DNA of 26,445 bases from a virus (taxonomy: Duplodnaviria; Caudoviricetes): positions 1-26,445 of IMG/VR virus record IMGVR_UViG_3300007549_000023; one strand, 5' to 3'. The notes under the pieces were generated by a model. That model saw only the letters and a list, made by a program, of their open reading frames with translations, had not been told where the DNA came from and ran no database searches. Positions 7,291-16,070 of the stretch are shown piece after piece (position 1 is the stretch's first letter; the number at the start of each line of letters is the position of its first letter). Made by a program: the position numbers and the translations under genes.

Positions 7291-8421
7291 TTAGTTTGTG
7301 TAAACCTTGACGATAGCCTGGTCGGTGATAACACCAAGACCCCAGATTGCGTACCATGCAAGAGCGTGCTCACGACCGAAGTCAAGAACGCCACCGTCAC
7401 GTAGTTCAACTGGAAGGCTGATTGCGTGACCAAATGCGTTGTCACCAATCATGATTGATTCGTAAACATCTGCTGAGTTACCTGTAGCTGAAGTTAGGTA
7501 ACCCTTTTCAGCTGTGTAATCTGCAGACTCTGGGTTTCCACCTGAGCCTGGAGCAGTGTTAGAAGAAACAGGAATGCTACCTGCTGATGCTGGTGCACCA
7601 ACAAGTGATGAAGTGGTGTATGTACCACCAGCAGCAAGCTTCTTAATCTGTGTTGTTTCAATGAAAACTACGTCGTATAGACGACCGATTTCACCGAGCA
7701 TGAAGTTACCTGGAGCAGCGTACTTTGTGACTTCAATGAACTCTGGGTTAGAGCGAAGGTCACGAGACTGCTTTGGGTGTACGAACTGTACGTATGTCTC
7801 ACCTAAGCGAGGGATGTTCTTACCAGCAAGGGTAAGAGCTGCATCCTTGATTGCGCCTGTTGTTAGCTTGTGGTTTCCATCAAGCTGTGAGATTGCTGTT
7901 GCAGCTGTGCCTTCATCGTAGTTAGTGAAAGCGCCACCTGTGATGCCTGAGCGGTCATAACCAAATACTGCAGAAGTTGCTGCAGAAAGTGTGTTACGTG
8001 CTTGTACATCTAGGTACTGTGCCATGTGACGACCAAGAAGACGTGAGGCTGAAGCCATTACGTCATCAAATGATGCATTCAAAAGTAGTTCAGAAACTGC
8101 TACTGCGTAGCCGTGTTCTGCAACTGTGATTGCAATCTGCTCTGCTGTGAGAGCGTTTGTTGTCATACGGACACCTTCAGTAAGAGGTGATGGGTCTACT
8201 GCGAAGTTCTTGTAACGAAGGAAGTTCACGCGAAGACCAGGTGCTACACCTAGTTCAGTCTTCTTTACTGCAAACTGTTCAAAACGAAGAATTGGCATTG
8301 CCTGGAACAAAATTTCTTTTGACCAGATTGTTTGAATTGCTTGGTTCAAAGATGAGTTTGAACCAGAGTAAGCTGTTGGAGCACTCGCTAGTTGCGAGGA
8401 GCCTGTAATTGCACTTGCCAT
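7291..8421 (-). CDS. Major capsid protein, N4-gp56-like family (HK97 fold)
   Basis: 376 aa after portal and scaffold; motifs PLTEG, EHGYAVAVSE, FVHP, GEIGRLYDVVFIET, DFGREHALAWY. Confidence 0.9.
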   Translation of the reverse strand: MASAITGSSQLASAPTAYSGSNSSLNQAIQTIWSKEILFQAMPILRFEQFAVKKTELGVAPGLRVNFLRYKNFAVDPSPLTEGVRMTTNALTAEQIAITVAEHGYAVAVSELLLNASFDDVMASASRLLGRHMAQYLDVQARNTLSAATSAVFGYDRSGITGGAFTNYDEGTAATAISQLDGNHKLTTGAIKDAALTLAGKNIPRLGETYVQFVHPKQSRDLRSNPEFIEVTKYAAPGNFMLGEIGRLYDVVFIETTQIKKLAAGGTYTTSSLVGAPASAGSIPVSSNTAPGSGGNPESADYTAEKGYLTSATGNSADVYESIMIGDNAFGHAISLPVELRDGGVLDFGREHALAWYAIWGLGVITDQAIVKVYTN

Positions 8422-8458
8422 TTAGGTCAAGTCCTTTCAGTAGTTGGTTGGTGGGGGA

Positions 8459-9208
8459 TTAACCGAACAGTCCCTGACCACGGTTGCTGGCTGCAGTGCC
8501 AAGAAGCTTGGCTCTTTGTTTCGCATAATCTGCCAATGACATATCCCTGATTGAATCAGGCGTGTACGAATTGTTTTCCGAATTGTTATCCAGGGGTCCT
8601 GATGCAGGCGCTGTAACTCGTGCGCCTACCATTTGTTGCTTTGCAGATTGCATGGCTGCTTGAGCAGACTGCAAAATACTTTGTGACTTCTCACGCAATA
8701 GCGTGATACTAGCCTCAACCTCATCTTGCGTATTACCGTTAACAAGGTCAATGAGTTCAGGAACAATGTTGTCACGTTCCTGCTCTACACGAGTTGCACG
8801 ATAATTTGTAAGTTGGTTGAGCTCTTGTTCTTTATGCAGAAGAGCAAAAGCTTTTTCTCTTTCAAGACGTTCATTGTCTAATTGAACAATGAATTCTTGC
8901 TCCTTCTTAGCGAGGAGTTCCTTGGCAGAAAGTTCTTCTTCTTCCCTGGACTTTTTAGCTTGTTCTTCTAGCTCACGTACTGACTGCTCGTGAGCAGCTT
9001 TACGTGCGACCTCGTCTTCTTGTGCTTTCTTCAAAGCCTCAAGTTCCTTAGCCATCTTTTCCATTTGAGGATACAGCTTAGACTTTTCCTGCGCACGAGC
9101 CTTTGCAAGGTCATCTGCAGTAAAAACCTGGTCCACTGGTTCACTCACTTCTTGAGCTACAACTGCTGCTGCAGTTGCTGCTTCAAATACTTCTTGATTA
9201 TCGGCCAT
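8459..9208 (-). CDS. Capsid scaffolding protein
   Basis: Helical E/K/Q/A-rich; FTADDLAKARAQEKSKLY start and IRDMSLADYAKQRAKL C-terminal helix; lies between portal and capsid genes. Confidence 0.8.
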   Translation of the reverse strand: MADNQEVFEAATAAAVVAQEVSEPVDQVFTADDLAKARAQEKSKLYPQMEKMAKELEALKKAQEDEVARKAAHEQSVRELEEQAKKSREEEELSAKELLAKKEQEFIVQLDNERLEREKAFALLHKEQELNQLTNYRATRVEQERDNIVPELIDLVNGNTQDEVEASITLLREKSQSILQSAQAAMQSAKQQMVGARVTAPASGPLDNNSENNSYTPDSIRDMSLADYAKQRAKLLGTAASNRGQGLFG

Positions 9209-9331
9209 TATTAATCACCTGTTTTTCTTATGTCGTTGTCCGTATGCCTTGCGGCGTATCACATTGGGGTTTAACAAGACAATTTCATACCATTTAGGAT
9301 AAAAAATCTCGTTATATTGCTATTTATTTTT

Positions 9332-11065
9332 TTACTTGTCTACTGCTCTCCTCTGAGGAATTTTAGTTCCGTAGGCTTCAGTGACAAGTCTTTCTCTAAT
9401 TGCAGCTTCTTGGCTCTTTTCAATTCCCATCATTTGCTGCTGAGTTGGGTCGTTAATAGCGTCCTCACTTGGAGGACCCTCAATGCCATCTCCCATTAAG
9501 TCTCCGTCACCAAGTTCGGTAGGTTGCATAGGGATAGCAGAGTTTCCATCAGGTCCTGGCATCATGCCAGTCATATCCATAATTGCTTTCTGGATTTGAA
9601 TCTTCACTAGTTGCAAAGCTCCATCCGCACCAGCATCGGAGATGAGTTCTTGACGAATCTCTTGTAGTTTCTCTTCTGGGAATTCCTCGCCAAGTGTACG
9701 TAAAGCACCTTCTTTAGACTCTAGACCCATACCAATCTTGGTTTGAATCTCATTCAAGATAATCAACTTATCAAGAGGAAGAGGTTGAGGGAACTGAACA
9801 GAGTTTTGGAAAGTAATTGGGTCTGTAAAATCAAGTTGTGTTAACTGACCTTCTTTGATTGGGCCGTCTTCATCGGGGTTGTACATAAACTGCATTGGCT
9901 CTTTTAGAGCAAGAGTGCGAAGGGCAAGCTCGTTAATCTTCTCAATACCTATACCGTACTGAGCAACCTTTTGTGAGTAACGGTTCATCAATGGCTGGTA
10001 CTGAATAGAGAGTGCAACACCAGAGGTATTAGAAATAGGCTGAACTTGACCCAGTGCGGTTTCTGGGATGTTCATTAGTTCGTGCATTGAGCGCTTTAGA
10101 AGTTCTAGGTACTTCAAGGCTCCGTCAATACCTTGTGCACCGCCTTCTAGGTTGAAGACCTGAGCATCTTTTGGAAGACCGCCCCAAACCTTCTTTGCTC
10201 CTTTTTCTAAGTTAGAAGCTTTAGCACCAACAATAACTGTCACAGGAGAAGCGTGATAGTTAATGATGTCTGCTACGTCAGTTGATATCTCGTTGTAAGC
10301 GCGGTTTATTGTGATGATGTCGTGTGCGTCTGGGAGACCCCAAGGTGAACCAGAAACTGGAACGTTAGGTATATGTACAACAGGAACTAACCCAAGTGGA
10401 TTAGGACGAGAGTCAATTAACTCGTCATTGATGTACTCTTCAATTGTGTCATCTGTAAGAATCTCAGTGTAAGTAAATACTTGACGTGTTCCTTCAAGGG
10501 ATGTTCCCCAGAAACGATACTTCTGCTTAAAACGCAGTAGACGAGTACGGTCGTGCGGGTGGAATTCAGGGAAAGCAAAAGAAGAGTTAAGAGGAAGAAG
10601 ACGAACTTTACCTGGGTGGTTTCCTCCTGCAGAGTCTACCCAAGGTTCTTCATAGGCGATCTTTACAAAACAGTCTCCAGTAATTCCGCCTTGTTGCCCC
10701 ATTTCAAGTAGAACACGCATCTTGTCGTTGTCTACTTCCCAGATTCGTTCTAGGCGGTCTGGAATGATTGCTTCCGTTGCTTTTGGTGAACGAAAGTGAA
10801 TACCCTTACCAAATACAAAACGCGATAAAAAGTCATTAAACGCACGGTAGTAATTAACCGCAATTTGCATTTCGCCAGACTCACGGCGATAGCCCCAGTG
10901 GTGACCAAGGTACATTGCCCAGTTAAGTGAGTAGCGGTTTAAACGTGGACCGTGTACTTCAAATTCTTCGTCAGCTAACTCTACTAATCCGAGGGGAGAA
11001 ATAGAGATGGTTAAATCGCTGGATGCGGCTCTATACGATGGTGGAGAAAAATCAAGATATGACAT
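9332..11065 (-). CDS. Portal protein (SPP1 gp6-like)
   Basis: 577 aa; GITGDCFVKI, NPLGLVPVVHIPN, SGVALSIQYQPL motifs; between terminase and scaffold. Confidence 0.9.
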   Translation of the reverse strand: MSYLDFSPPSYRAASSDLTISISPLGLVELADEEFEVHGPRLNRYSLNWAMYLGHHWGYRRESGEMQIAVNYYRAFNDFLSRFVFGKGIHFRSPKATEAIIPDRLERIWEVDNDKMRVLLEMGQQGGITGDCFVKIAYEEPWVDSAGGNHPGKVRLLPLNSSFAFPEFHPHDRTRLLRFKQKYRFWGTSLEGTRQVFTYTEILTDDTIEEYINDELIDSRPNPLGLVPVVHIPNVPVSGSPWGLPDAHDIITINRAYNEISTDVADIINYHASPVTVIVGAKASNLEKGAKKVWGGLPKDAQVFNLEGGAQGIDGALKYLELLKRSMHELMNIPETALGQVQPISNTSGVALSIQYQPLMNRYSQKVAQYGIGIEKINELALRTLALKEPMQFMYNPDEDGPIKEGQLTQLDFTDPITFQNSVQFPQPLPLDKLIILNEIQTKIGMGLESKEGALRTLGEEFPEEKLQEIRQELISDAGADGALQLVKIQIQKAIMDMTGMMPGPDGNSAIPMQPTELGDGDLMGDGIEGPPSEDAINDPTQQQMMGIEKSQEAAIRERLVTEAYGTKIPQRRAVDK

Positions 11066-11331
11066 TACTTATCTTTCTTCTTATCTTTCTTAGAGTCGTT
11101 TTTCTTAGAAGCAACTGTAACACTCTTCTTCTTAACATCGCTAGCGTGCTTTTTCTTGCGCATTTCTAATTTGCGAGTTTGTTCATTTGTTTCAATAAAT
11201 TTGCCGCCTGATTGGATGTAGCGCTCATGAACCCAATGACTTGCTCCAGGATTAGGGTAGTTAGAATACTTAGCCTTTGCCTGAGCAACAATCATCAAAT
11301 AAAGTTTTTCATTTGCTGGCTTACTTGCCAT
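11065..11331 (-). CDS. Small basic hypothetical protein
   Basis: Start moved to ATG 11331 (GGAGGAG RBS); PANEKLY...AKAKY..YP...ASHWVHERY...GG; Lys-rich tail; TAATG coupling to portal. Confidence 0.75.
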   Translation of the reverse strand: MASKPANEKLYLMIVAQAKAKYSNYPNPGASHWVHERYIQSGGKFIETNEQTRKLEMRKKKHASDVKKKSVTVASKKNDSKKDKKKDK

Positions 11332-11356
11332 TACATCTCCTCCTGATAACCCGATA

Positions 11357-11378
11357 GCCCCCACACTACTGTGGGGGC
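11357..11378. promoter_or_regulatory. Perfect 9-bp inverted repeat GCCCCCACA-CTAC-TGTGGGGGC
   Basis: Intergenic; no U-tract; core repeated at 13487-13502. Confidence 0.6.
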
Positions 11379-11397
11379 ATACCGACGTCTGTCTAAA

Positions 11398-11793
11398 TTA
11401 GTCGTTTACGACTGTTGCAGATTGACGCTGTGAGCGTCCGCCTGATACTACTTTGGTCTCAATTACTTGAGCTGCATAGTCATTGTTTGTTCCGTGTGCA
11501 AACTCGCCAAGGAATGTTGGTGCTTCTACCCATGAGGCAGAACCAACGTGTGCTCGCTCTGCAAGAGTTTCTGCAGCTGGCTTTAAGAATACGTTTGCAT
11601 TGTGGTTAGGACGACCTGGCGCAGGAGTGTAACCCTGCATCATGCCCTTCTGAAAATCATTTGGTACATCTGTGTCTGTCGCAATACCTTCTTCAAAGCG
11701 AAGTGGTCCACGACGTGTTGCATTACCTGATTCTTTTAGCTCGTACACATTTGGTGCACGCTCTGGGAACTGCGGTGCTGGGGATAATCCCAT
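11398..11793 (-). CDS. Hypothetical protein between terminase and portal
   Basis: AAGGAG RBS; 131 aa; RGPLRFEEG and ERAHVGSASW look like conserved motifs; function unknown. Confidence 0.75.
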   Translation of the reverse strand: MGLSPAPQFPERAPNVYELKESGNATRRGPLRFEEGIATDTDVPNDFQKGMMQGYTPAPGRPNHNANVFLKPAAETLAERAHVGSASWVEAPTFLGEFAHGTNNDYAAQVIETKVVSGGRSQRQSATVVND

Positions 11794-11868
11794 AGTAAGA
11801 CTCCTTAAGGTTGTATATGGAAGGCCATTCCAGGTAATAGTTTCTCGCTTTTTAAAGGGCCTGTGTGG

Positions 11869-13464
11869 TTAACCGAAGAAAGGATTTGAAGAAGAAACAA
11901 CTTCTGGCATTACTAAGTCCTGAGTTAAAGAACAGGCAATAGACAAAGAGTCAACAAAGTCATCGTGAGCATAGCTTTCATCAGGGGCAGCAACCATAAA
12001 GTTAGGTCCTTTGAACTGAACTTCAGCATCAGTCATCTGCTGATAAAAGCGTTTCCAGGTACGTAATCTTCTTGTCTTGGCATGAGCAGGCCAGGAAATC
12101 ATTTCTCGTTGAAGTAGTGCTTGTAGATGTTTCCATCGTTTAGATTGCTCACTTGGGCTTGATGTTACAGGCATAACTTCAGCTCTTGGCAAAAGGAGCT
12201 TTAAACGTTGCGCTACTGCATCTCCTACACCGTTTGCATCTACACCGACTGCAAGTACGTCGTAGTTCTCTAAAAAGTTAACGATTTGAAAATACTGTTC
12301 TTCCCAGTCATCGCCCTGTAGTTCTAACCAGTTAAGGATACGGTGGTCAAAATAACCAAACTCATCCGGTCTATCCCAATCAACCCAAACAACTGTTACA
12401 ACAGTTGAGTCAGTTTTACGTGCAGGGTCAATACCTACAACACAAGGTGTCTTATGCCAAGACTTAACTAACTCCTGTGAAGTATCGCCAAGCTCATCCA
12501 TCTTAGATGAGGTAATGAACATTCCTCGTTCAAGTAGCCACTTACAGTTGTATGACATTTGGAACTCATCAGAGTCTTCACCGATACGTAACATCTCTTT
12601 TTTAATTGAGCGTTCGTAGTTCTTGTTGTACTTAATAACTTCTTTCCAGTCCCACTGGTAATGGTTTTGCCTGTTACCGCGAGTAGTCTGTCGTCTGCGG
12701 TTTAACTGAATAGCTTTATAAAAGTTGTTCTTACTTGTTGTTGGAGTACCTGTCTTTACCATTGTTCCTGCGTAGTAGGCAAGCATTGGAGAGATTGACT
12801 TAGATACAACAAAGTCATCTGCTTCTTGACACTCATCAATAACGATAAGGTGGAAAGACTTAGATTCAATCTTTGCACGTGGGTTAGCTGTCATCATCGT
12901 GATGCTTGAACCAGAGTTAGTAAGTTTAATCATTCTTGTTACTCCACCAACACGTGCTGCTTTATCATCAATTTCAACATCGTTTAAAATCTCTAACGCA
13001 CGCTCAGAGGTAAGACGCGTTACTGCACGACCAAAGAGTGTTTCTGCCTGTCCTTCTGTTGGAGCAAATAAACCAACCCACACACCGTCTTTGAACTTAC
13101 CAAGTAGTTCTGGGTATAGTTTTGCTAACCGAGGTAACAAAATCATTAGAGTAACTACAGTGTCAGCAACCGTCTCTGATTTACCTGACTGACGTGCAGC
13201 GAGAGCGGTTATCTCTTCAGCATCGTTGATAATCACTGACTCCATAATGCGACGTGCTAAAGGCTTTTGGTACGGGTGCAGGTCATGTCCTACTAGAACT
13301 TTTAAAAAGTCCATCATCTTGTCAATTAGCTTGTCTACAAACTGTTGAGAGAGCTCATCAAGCTCTTCTTCTTTTTCAAGCTCTATCTGCTCAGGGTCTT
13401 CTTCCTGCATATAAAACTCAGGATTAATTTCCTCAAACTTTTGGTCATCAAAATCAATAGGCAT
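11869..13464 (-). CDS. terL: Terminase large subunit
   Basis: Walker A ARQSGKS, Walker B LIVIDECQ, coupling motif TGTP, RNase H-like nuclease VGIDPA and HDDFVDS. Confidence 0.95.
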   Translation of the reverse strand: MPIDFDDQKFEEINPEFYMQEEDPEQIELEKEEELDELSQQFVDKLIDKMMDFLKVLVGHDLHPYQKPLARRIMESVIINDAEEITALAARQSGKSETVADTVVTLMILLPRLAKLYPELLGKFKDGVWVGLFAPTEGQAETLFGRAVTRLTSERALEILNDVEIDDKAARVGGVTRMIKLTNSGSSITMMTANPRAKIESKSFHLIVIDECQEADDFVVSKSISPMLAYYAGTMVKTGTPTTSKNNFYKAIQLNRRRQTTRGNRQNHYQWDWKEVIKYNKNYERSIKKEMLRIGEDSDEFQMSYNCKWLLERGMFITSSKMDELGDTSQELVKSWHKTPCVVGIDPARKTDSTVVTVVWVDWDRPDEFGYFDHRILNWLELQGDDWEEQYFQIVNFLENYDVLAVGVDANGVGDAVAQRLKLLLPRAEVMPVTSSPSEQSKRWKHLQALLQREMISWPAHAKTRRLRTWKRFYQQMTDAEVQFKGPNFMVAAPDESYAHDDFVDSLSIACSLTQDLVMPEVVSSSNPFFG

Positions 13465-13486
13465 TTTTCCTCATTAATTGACTAGA

Positions 13487-13502
13487 CCCACATTGCTGTG
13501 GG
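13487..13502. promoter_or_regulatory. CCCACA-N4-TGTGGG palindrome in the terL leader (GCAA tetraloop on mRNA)
   Basis: 22 nt upstream of the terL ATG; candidate extended -10 TGCTACGAT on the minus strand at 13538-13546. Confidence 0.5.
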
Positions 13503-13550
13503 CCATCGCCAGACCAGGAGAGAGGTGAAGCAAGCAAATCGTAGCACACA

Positions 13551-13781
13551 CTACGCACGTTTCTTTAACTCTTTAGCAATTGCATTGAAAACTTCAGTTC
13601 CCAGTACAACTTCATCAAGAAGGTTTTTGTTGTGACTCTTCTGCCATTCTGTAATAAGTTTGCCAATCGTGTACATGGACTGCTCCATCCACAGAATCAA
13701 GTCTGGCGTTGATATCTTTGAGACTCGCTTCTCTATCCGAGTCTGGGGCTGTCCATCCCGCTTCTTCCGTAAAATCATCAT
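13551..13781 (-). CDS. Small helical hypothetical protein upstream of terL
   Basis: 76 aa amphipathic helical pattern (RVSKISTPDLILWMEQ...AIAKELKKR); GGGAAG upstream; overlaps the previous gene by 167 nt. Confidence 0.65.
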   Translation of the reverse strand: MMILRKKRDGQPQTRIEKRVSKISTPDLILWMEQSMYTIGKLITEWQKSHNKNLLDEVVLGTEVFNAIAKELKKRA

Positions 13782-14022
13782 ATGTTACTTCCCGTGTGTT
13801 GAGTGCCGATTTAAGTGCGTCTTCTTCAGTTTTAAAGCCAGTCCACTTGCCGAAGGCTAGTGCTTTGTACTTAGGTAATCTTACTAAAAAGGGTTCAGAA
13901 GTTCTAAACGGTTCTTCTATCTCTTGAGTCCATCCACGAACAACAAACTTTTTTCCCCAGATAACAGGTAAATCAATTAGTTGTACGAAGTGTTTTGGTC
14001 CGATGTTGTGTACCTTTGGCAT
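13615..14022 (-). CDS. Hypothetical protein
   Basis: ATG directly after the KTSC gene stop (TAAATG) with GAGG RBS; GWTQEIEEPFR. Confidence 0.7.
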   Translation of the reverse strand: MPKVHNIGPKHFVQLIDLPVIWGKKFVVRGWTQEIEEPFRTSEPFLVRLPKYKALAFGKWTGFKTEEDALKSALNTREVTYDDFTEEAGWTAPDSDREASLKDINARLDSVDGAVHVHDWQTYYRMAEESQQKPS

Positions 14023-14796
14023 TTATCTTCCTCTTGGGTTTTTTCCACCTGTAGATGGGTTTTTACCGCGTTTGCTTTGAGCAATTGTTTTGTACATAGT
14101 TTTAGTCTGTCCTGGAACTTTTCCTTTTACAGCAACTTGAGCACCACGACTATAGCGGTAGAACGCTTGCTGTGCTTTCTTAGACAGGCTTGAAACATCT
14201 GCTGGACCACGAGGCTTGAAGTCAAGCATACGAGCAATAATAGCTCCCTTAGAGCGGTTGGCTTTAAACGCAGCCCACTCACCGCCTGTAACTTCGTAAT
14301 AGTTGTAGAAGGTTCCATCACGGAAAATAACTGTAAGTTTTTCTTCATCCTCATCGTAACCAGCAGCAACTGTTCTTGGTCGTTCTGGATTAGTAGTAGA
14401 GGTTGGAACTACTGTGATGTCAGCTGGAGATGTATCTTCCATCTCATCTGGTTGAAATCCAGGTATTCTCCAGTTAGCAGGGTTGTCTAACTGGTCTGCA
14501 TTCATGTTCTGATTGAAGTCAATAATTTCGTAGACACTACGTCCAGGAGCAAGTCCATCGGCTGTTTGGTATTTCTCACCAGCCCAGTTACCGTAGTTAG
14601 TGGGATTGTAGTAATCCATTGACTGGTCATCATCAAACATGATGTCAGAAATTCTGTTAAAAGAACCTTTAGAAGATGCGGTTACTCCGCCTTGAAAATC
14701 ATCACCGAAAATATCTCGGCCTATTGCATTCATCATTTCCTGAGCAGACGGAGCAGCCCTCCGAGAAGAGCTGCTTCCGCCTGTAGGACGTACCAT
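14023..14796 (-). CDS. KTSC-domain protein
   Basis: AAGYDEDEEKLTVIFRDGTFYNYYEV...WAAFKANRSKG matches the KTSC pattern; AGGAG RBS. Confidence 0.8.
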   Translation of the reverse strand: MVRPTGGSSSSRRAAPSAQEMMNAIGRDIFGDDFQGGVTASSKGSFNRISDIMFDDDQSMDYYNPTNYGNWAGEKYQTADGLAPGRSVYEIIDFNQNMNADQLDNPANWRIPGFQPDEMEDTSPADITVVPTSTTNPERPRTVAAGYDEDEEKLTVIFRDGTFYNYYEVTGGEWAAFKANRSKGAIIARMLDFKPRGPADVSSLSKKAQQAFYRYSRGAQVAVKGKVPGQTKTMYKTIAQSKRGKNPSTGGKNPRGR

Positions 14797-14810
14797 AGAT
14801 TAACTCCTAA

Positions 14811-15464
14811 TTAGGAGGCTGTTGCCCAAGGTGTAATTGTTACTGCTGCACCTGGTGCTGTTGTTGCTGCACCACCTGCAATTGACTGTGTCTTGATTGT
14901 TCCAGCAAGACCAACAAGGCCAGCAACTGTGAGTCCTGATGTTGATAGTGCTCCTGAAGTTGTGGTTGTGTAAGAAACAGTGTTTGTAGCAACTGCTGTA
15001 ACTGTGTAGGTACCGTTTAGTGCGGTATCTGGAGATGCAAGAGATGAAACTACAATCTTTGTTCCAACTGGGTACTTAGCGCCAGCACCTGATGAGGTGA
15101 TTGTTGCTGTTGTACCTGTGCGTGCGACTGCTGTGATTGTTGAAGCAGCGTTAGTTGCTGCTGATGCAGTTGTAACTGTAAGGCCGTTGTCTGCCAATAC
15201 GTCTGCTGCATCTGCTGTTGTGAAACCAAGAACGCTAGTGACCTTTACGTAGTCAGTTGAACCTGCTACGTCAGAACCTGCTGTGTTTGGTGTGTACTGT
15301 GGGTATCCATTCCAACCTGATTCTAGGTTGATGTGGTCTCCAAGTGCTAGGTTTAAACGAGTTGTGCGAGAATCGTTTGGTTGTGGAGCAAAGTTGCCCC
15401 ATACAAAATCAATTGCAATTTCTCCTGCGGAGTCTAATTGAGCTCCTGCGTTATTTACTGCCAT
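14811..15464 (-). CDS. Thr/Ala-rich protein with an interrupted PASTA-like domain (probable virion protein)
   Basis: Start moved to ATG 15464 (MAVNNAG); VTSVLGFTTADAADVLADNGL and GTIKTQS...PGAAVTIT are the two halves of a PASTA pattern. Confidence 0.6.
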   Translation of the reverse strand: MAVNNAGAQLDSAGEIAIDFVWGNFAPQPNDSRTTRLNLALGDHINLESGWNGYPQYTPNTAGSDVAGSTDYVKVTSVLGFTTADAADVLADNGLTVTTASAATNAASTITAVARTGTTATITSSGAGAKYPVGTKIVVSSLASPDTALNGTYTVTAVATNTVSYTTTTSGALSTSGLTVAGLVGLAGTIKTQSIAGGAATTAPGAAVTITPWATAS

Positions 15465-15558
15465 GATATCTACTTTCTCTAGAGAGGTGTGTACTTTCCC
15501 CATGCGCTTAGGGGAACCTTAAAGATAGTATCCAAGACTATTGACTTAATGTCAGCGT

Positions 15559-15789
15559 TTATTCCTCACAGATGTGGTCATCAAGGTCTTCTTGAACTAA
15601 GATGGCGTCACAATGACGACACTTAAAGAATCTGATGTTGTCTAATCCAACGTGTAAAGAGTCTGAATGACTAGGGTCAATCGTCATTTCTGGTTCAGCT
15701 AACACTTCTGGAGGAAAAGGTCCTCTAGGTTCGTGCACTATTGAAGGTATTGCGTGACCCTGTACCGCAAATTTGCGAATGACAGGCAT
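15559..15789 (-). CDS. Small zinc-finger protein
   Basis: FKCRHC...LDDHIC at the C-terminus; TAATG coupling. Confidence 0.7.
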   Translation of the reverse strand: MPVIRKFAVQGHAIPSIVHEPRGPFPPEVLAEPEMTIDPSHSDSLHVGLDNIRFFKCRHCDAILVQEDLDDHICEE

Positions 15790-16055
15790 TATTCTTCAGG
15801 TGTAGTTGGTTCTTCTTCAACAACTGCTGGTTCTTCAACTGGCGCTTTTGAAGACTTCTTAGAAGACTTTGTTGCTAAAGCCTCAAATGCATCAGACTGT
15901 TCTTGAACCATTTCATCAGAACGCTTTAGTAAACCAGCGTTTTTACGGGCATTGAGAAACTTTGGCAAGTGAATAGAGCAGTAAGGAATTGTATGAGAAG
16001 ATGTAATCTCATAAATCCAAACTGAATCGTTAGTGCAGTTAGCGCATGCTGTCAT
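15789..16055 (-). CDS. Small zinc-finger protein with acidic tail
   Basis: CANC...YCSIH; AAGGAG RBS. Confidence 0.75.
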   Translation of the reverse strand: MTACANCTNDSVWIYEITSSHTIPYCSIHLPKFLNARKNAGLLKRSDEMVQEQSDAFEALATKSSKKSSKAPVEEPAVVEEEPTTPEE

Positions 16056-16070
16056 TGTTCTACTCCTTAG

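Noticed and set aside
7291-8421. N4-like phage assignment from the capsid family
   Set aside because: This capsid family is widespread; no virion RNA polymerase or N4 gene order here
11869-13464. Intein or intron in terminase (also checked portal and capsid)
   Set aside because: Lengths are ordinary, frames are uninterrupted, and no splice motifs were seen
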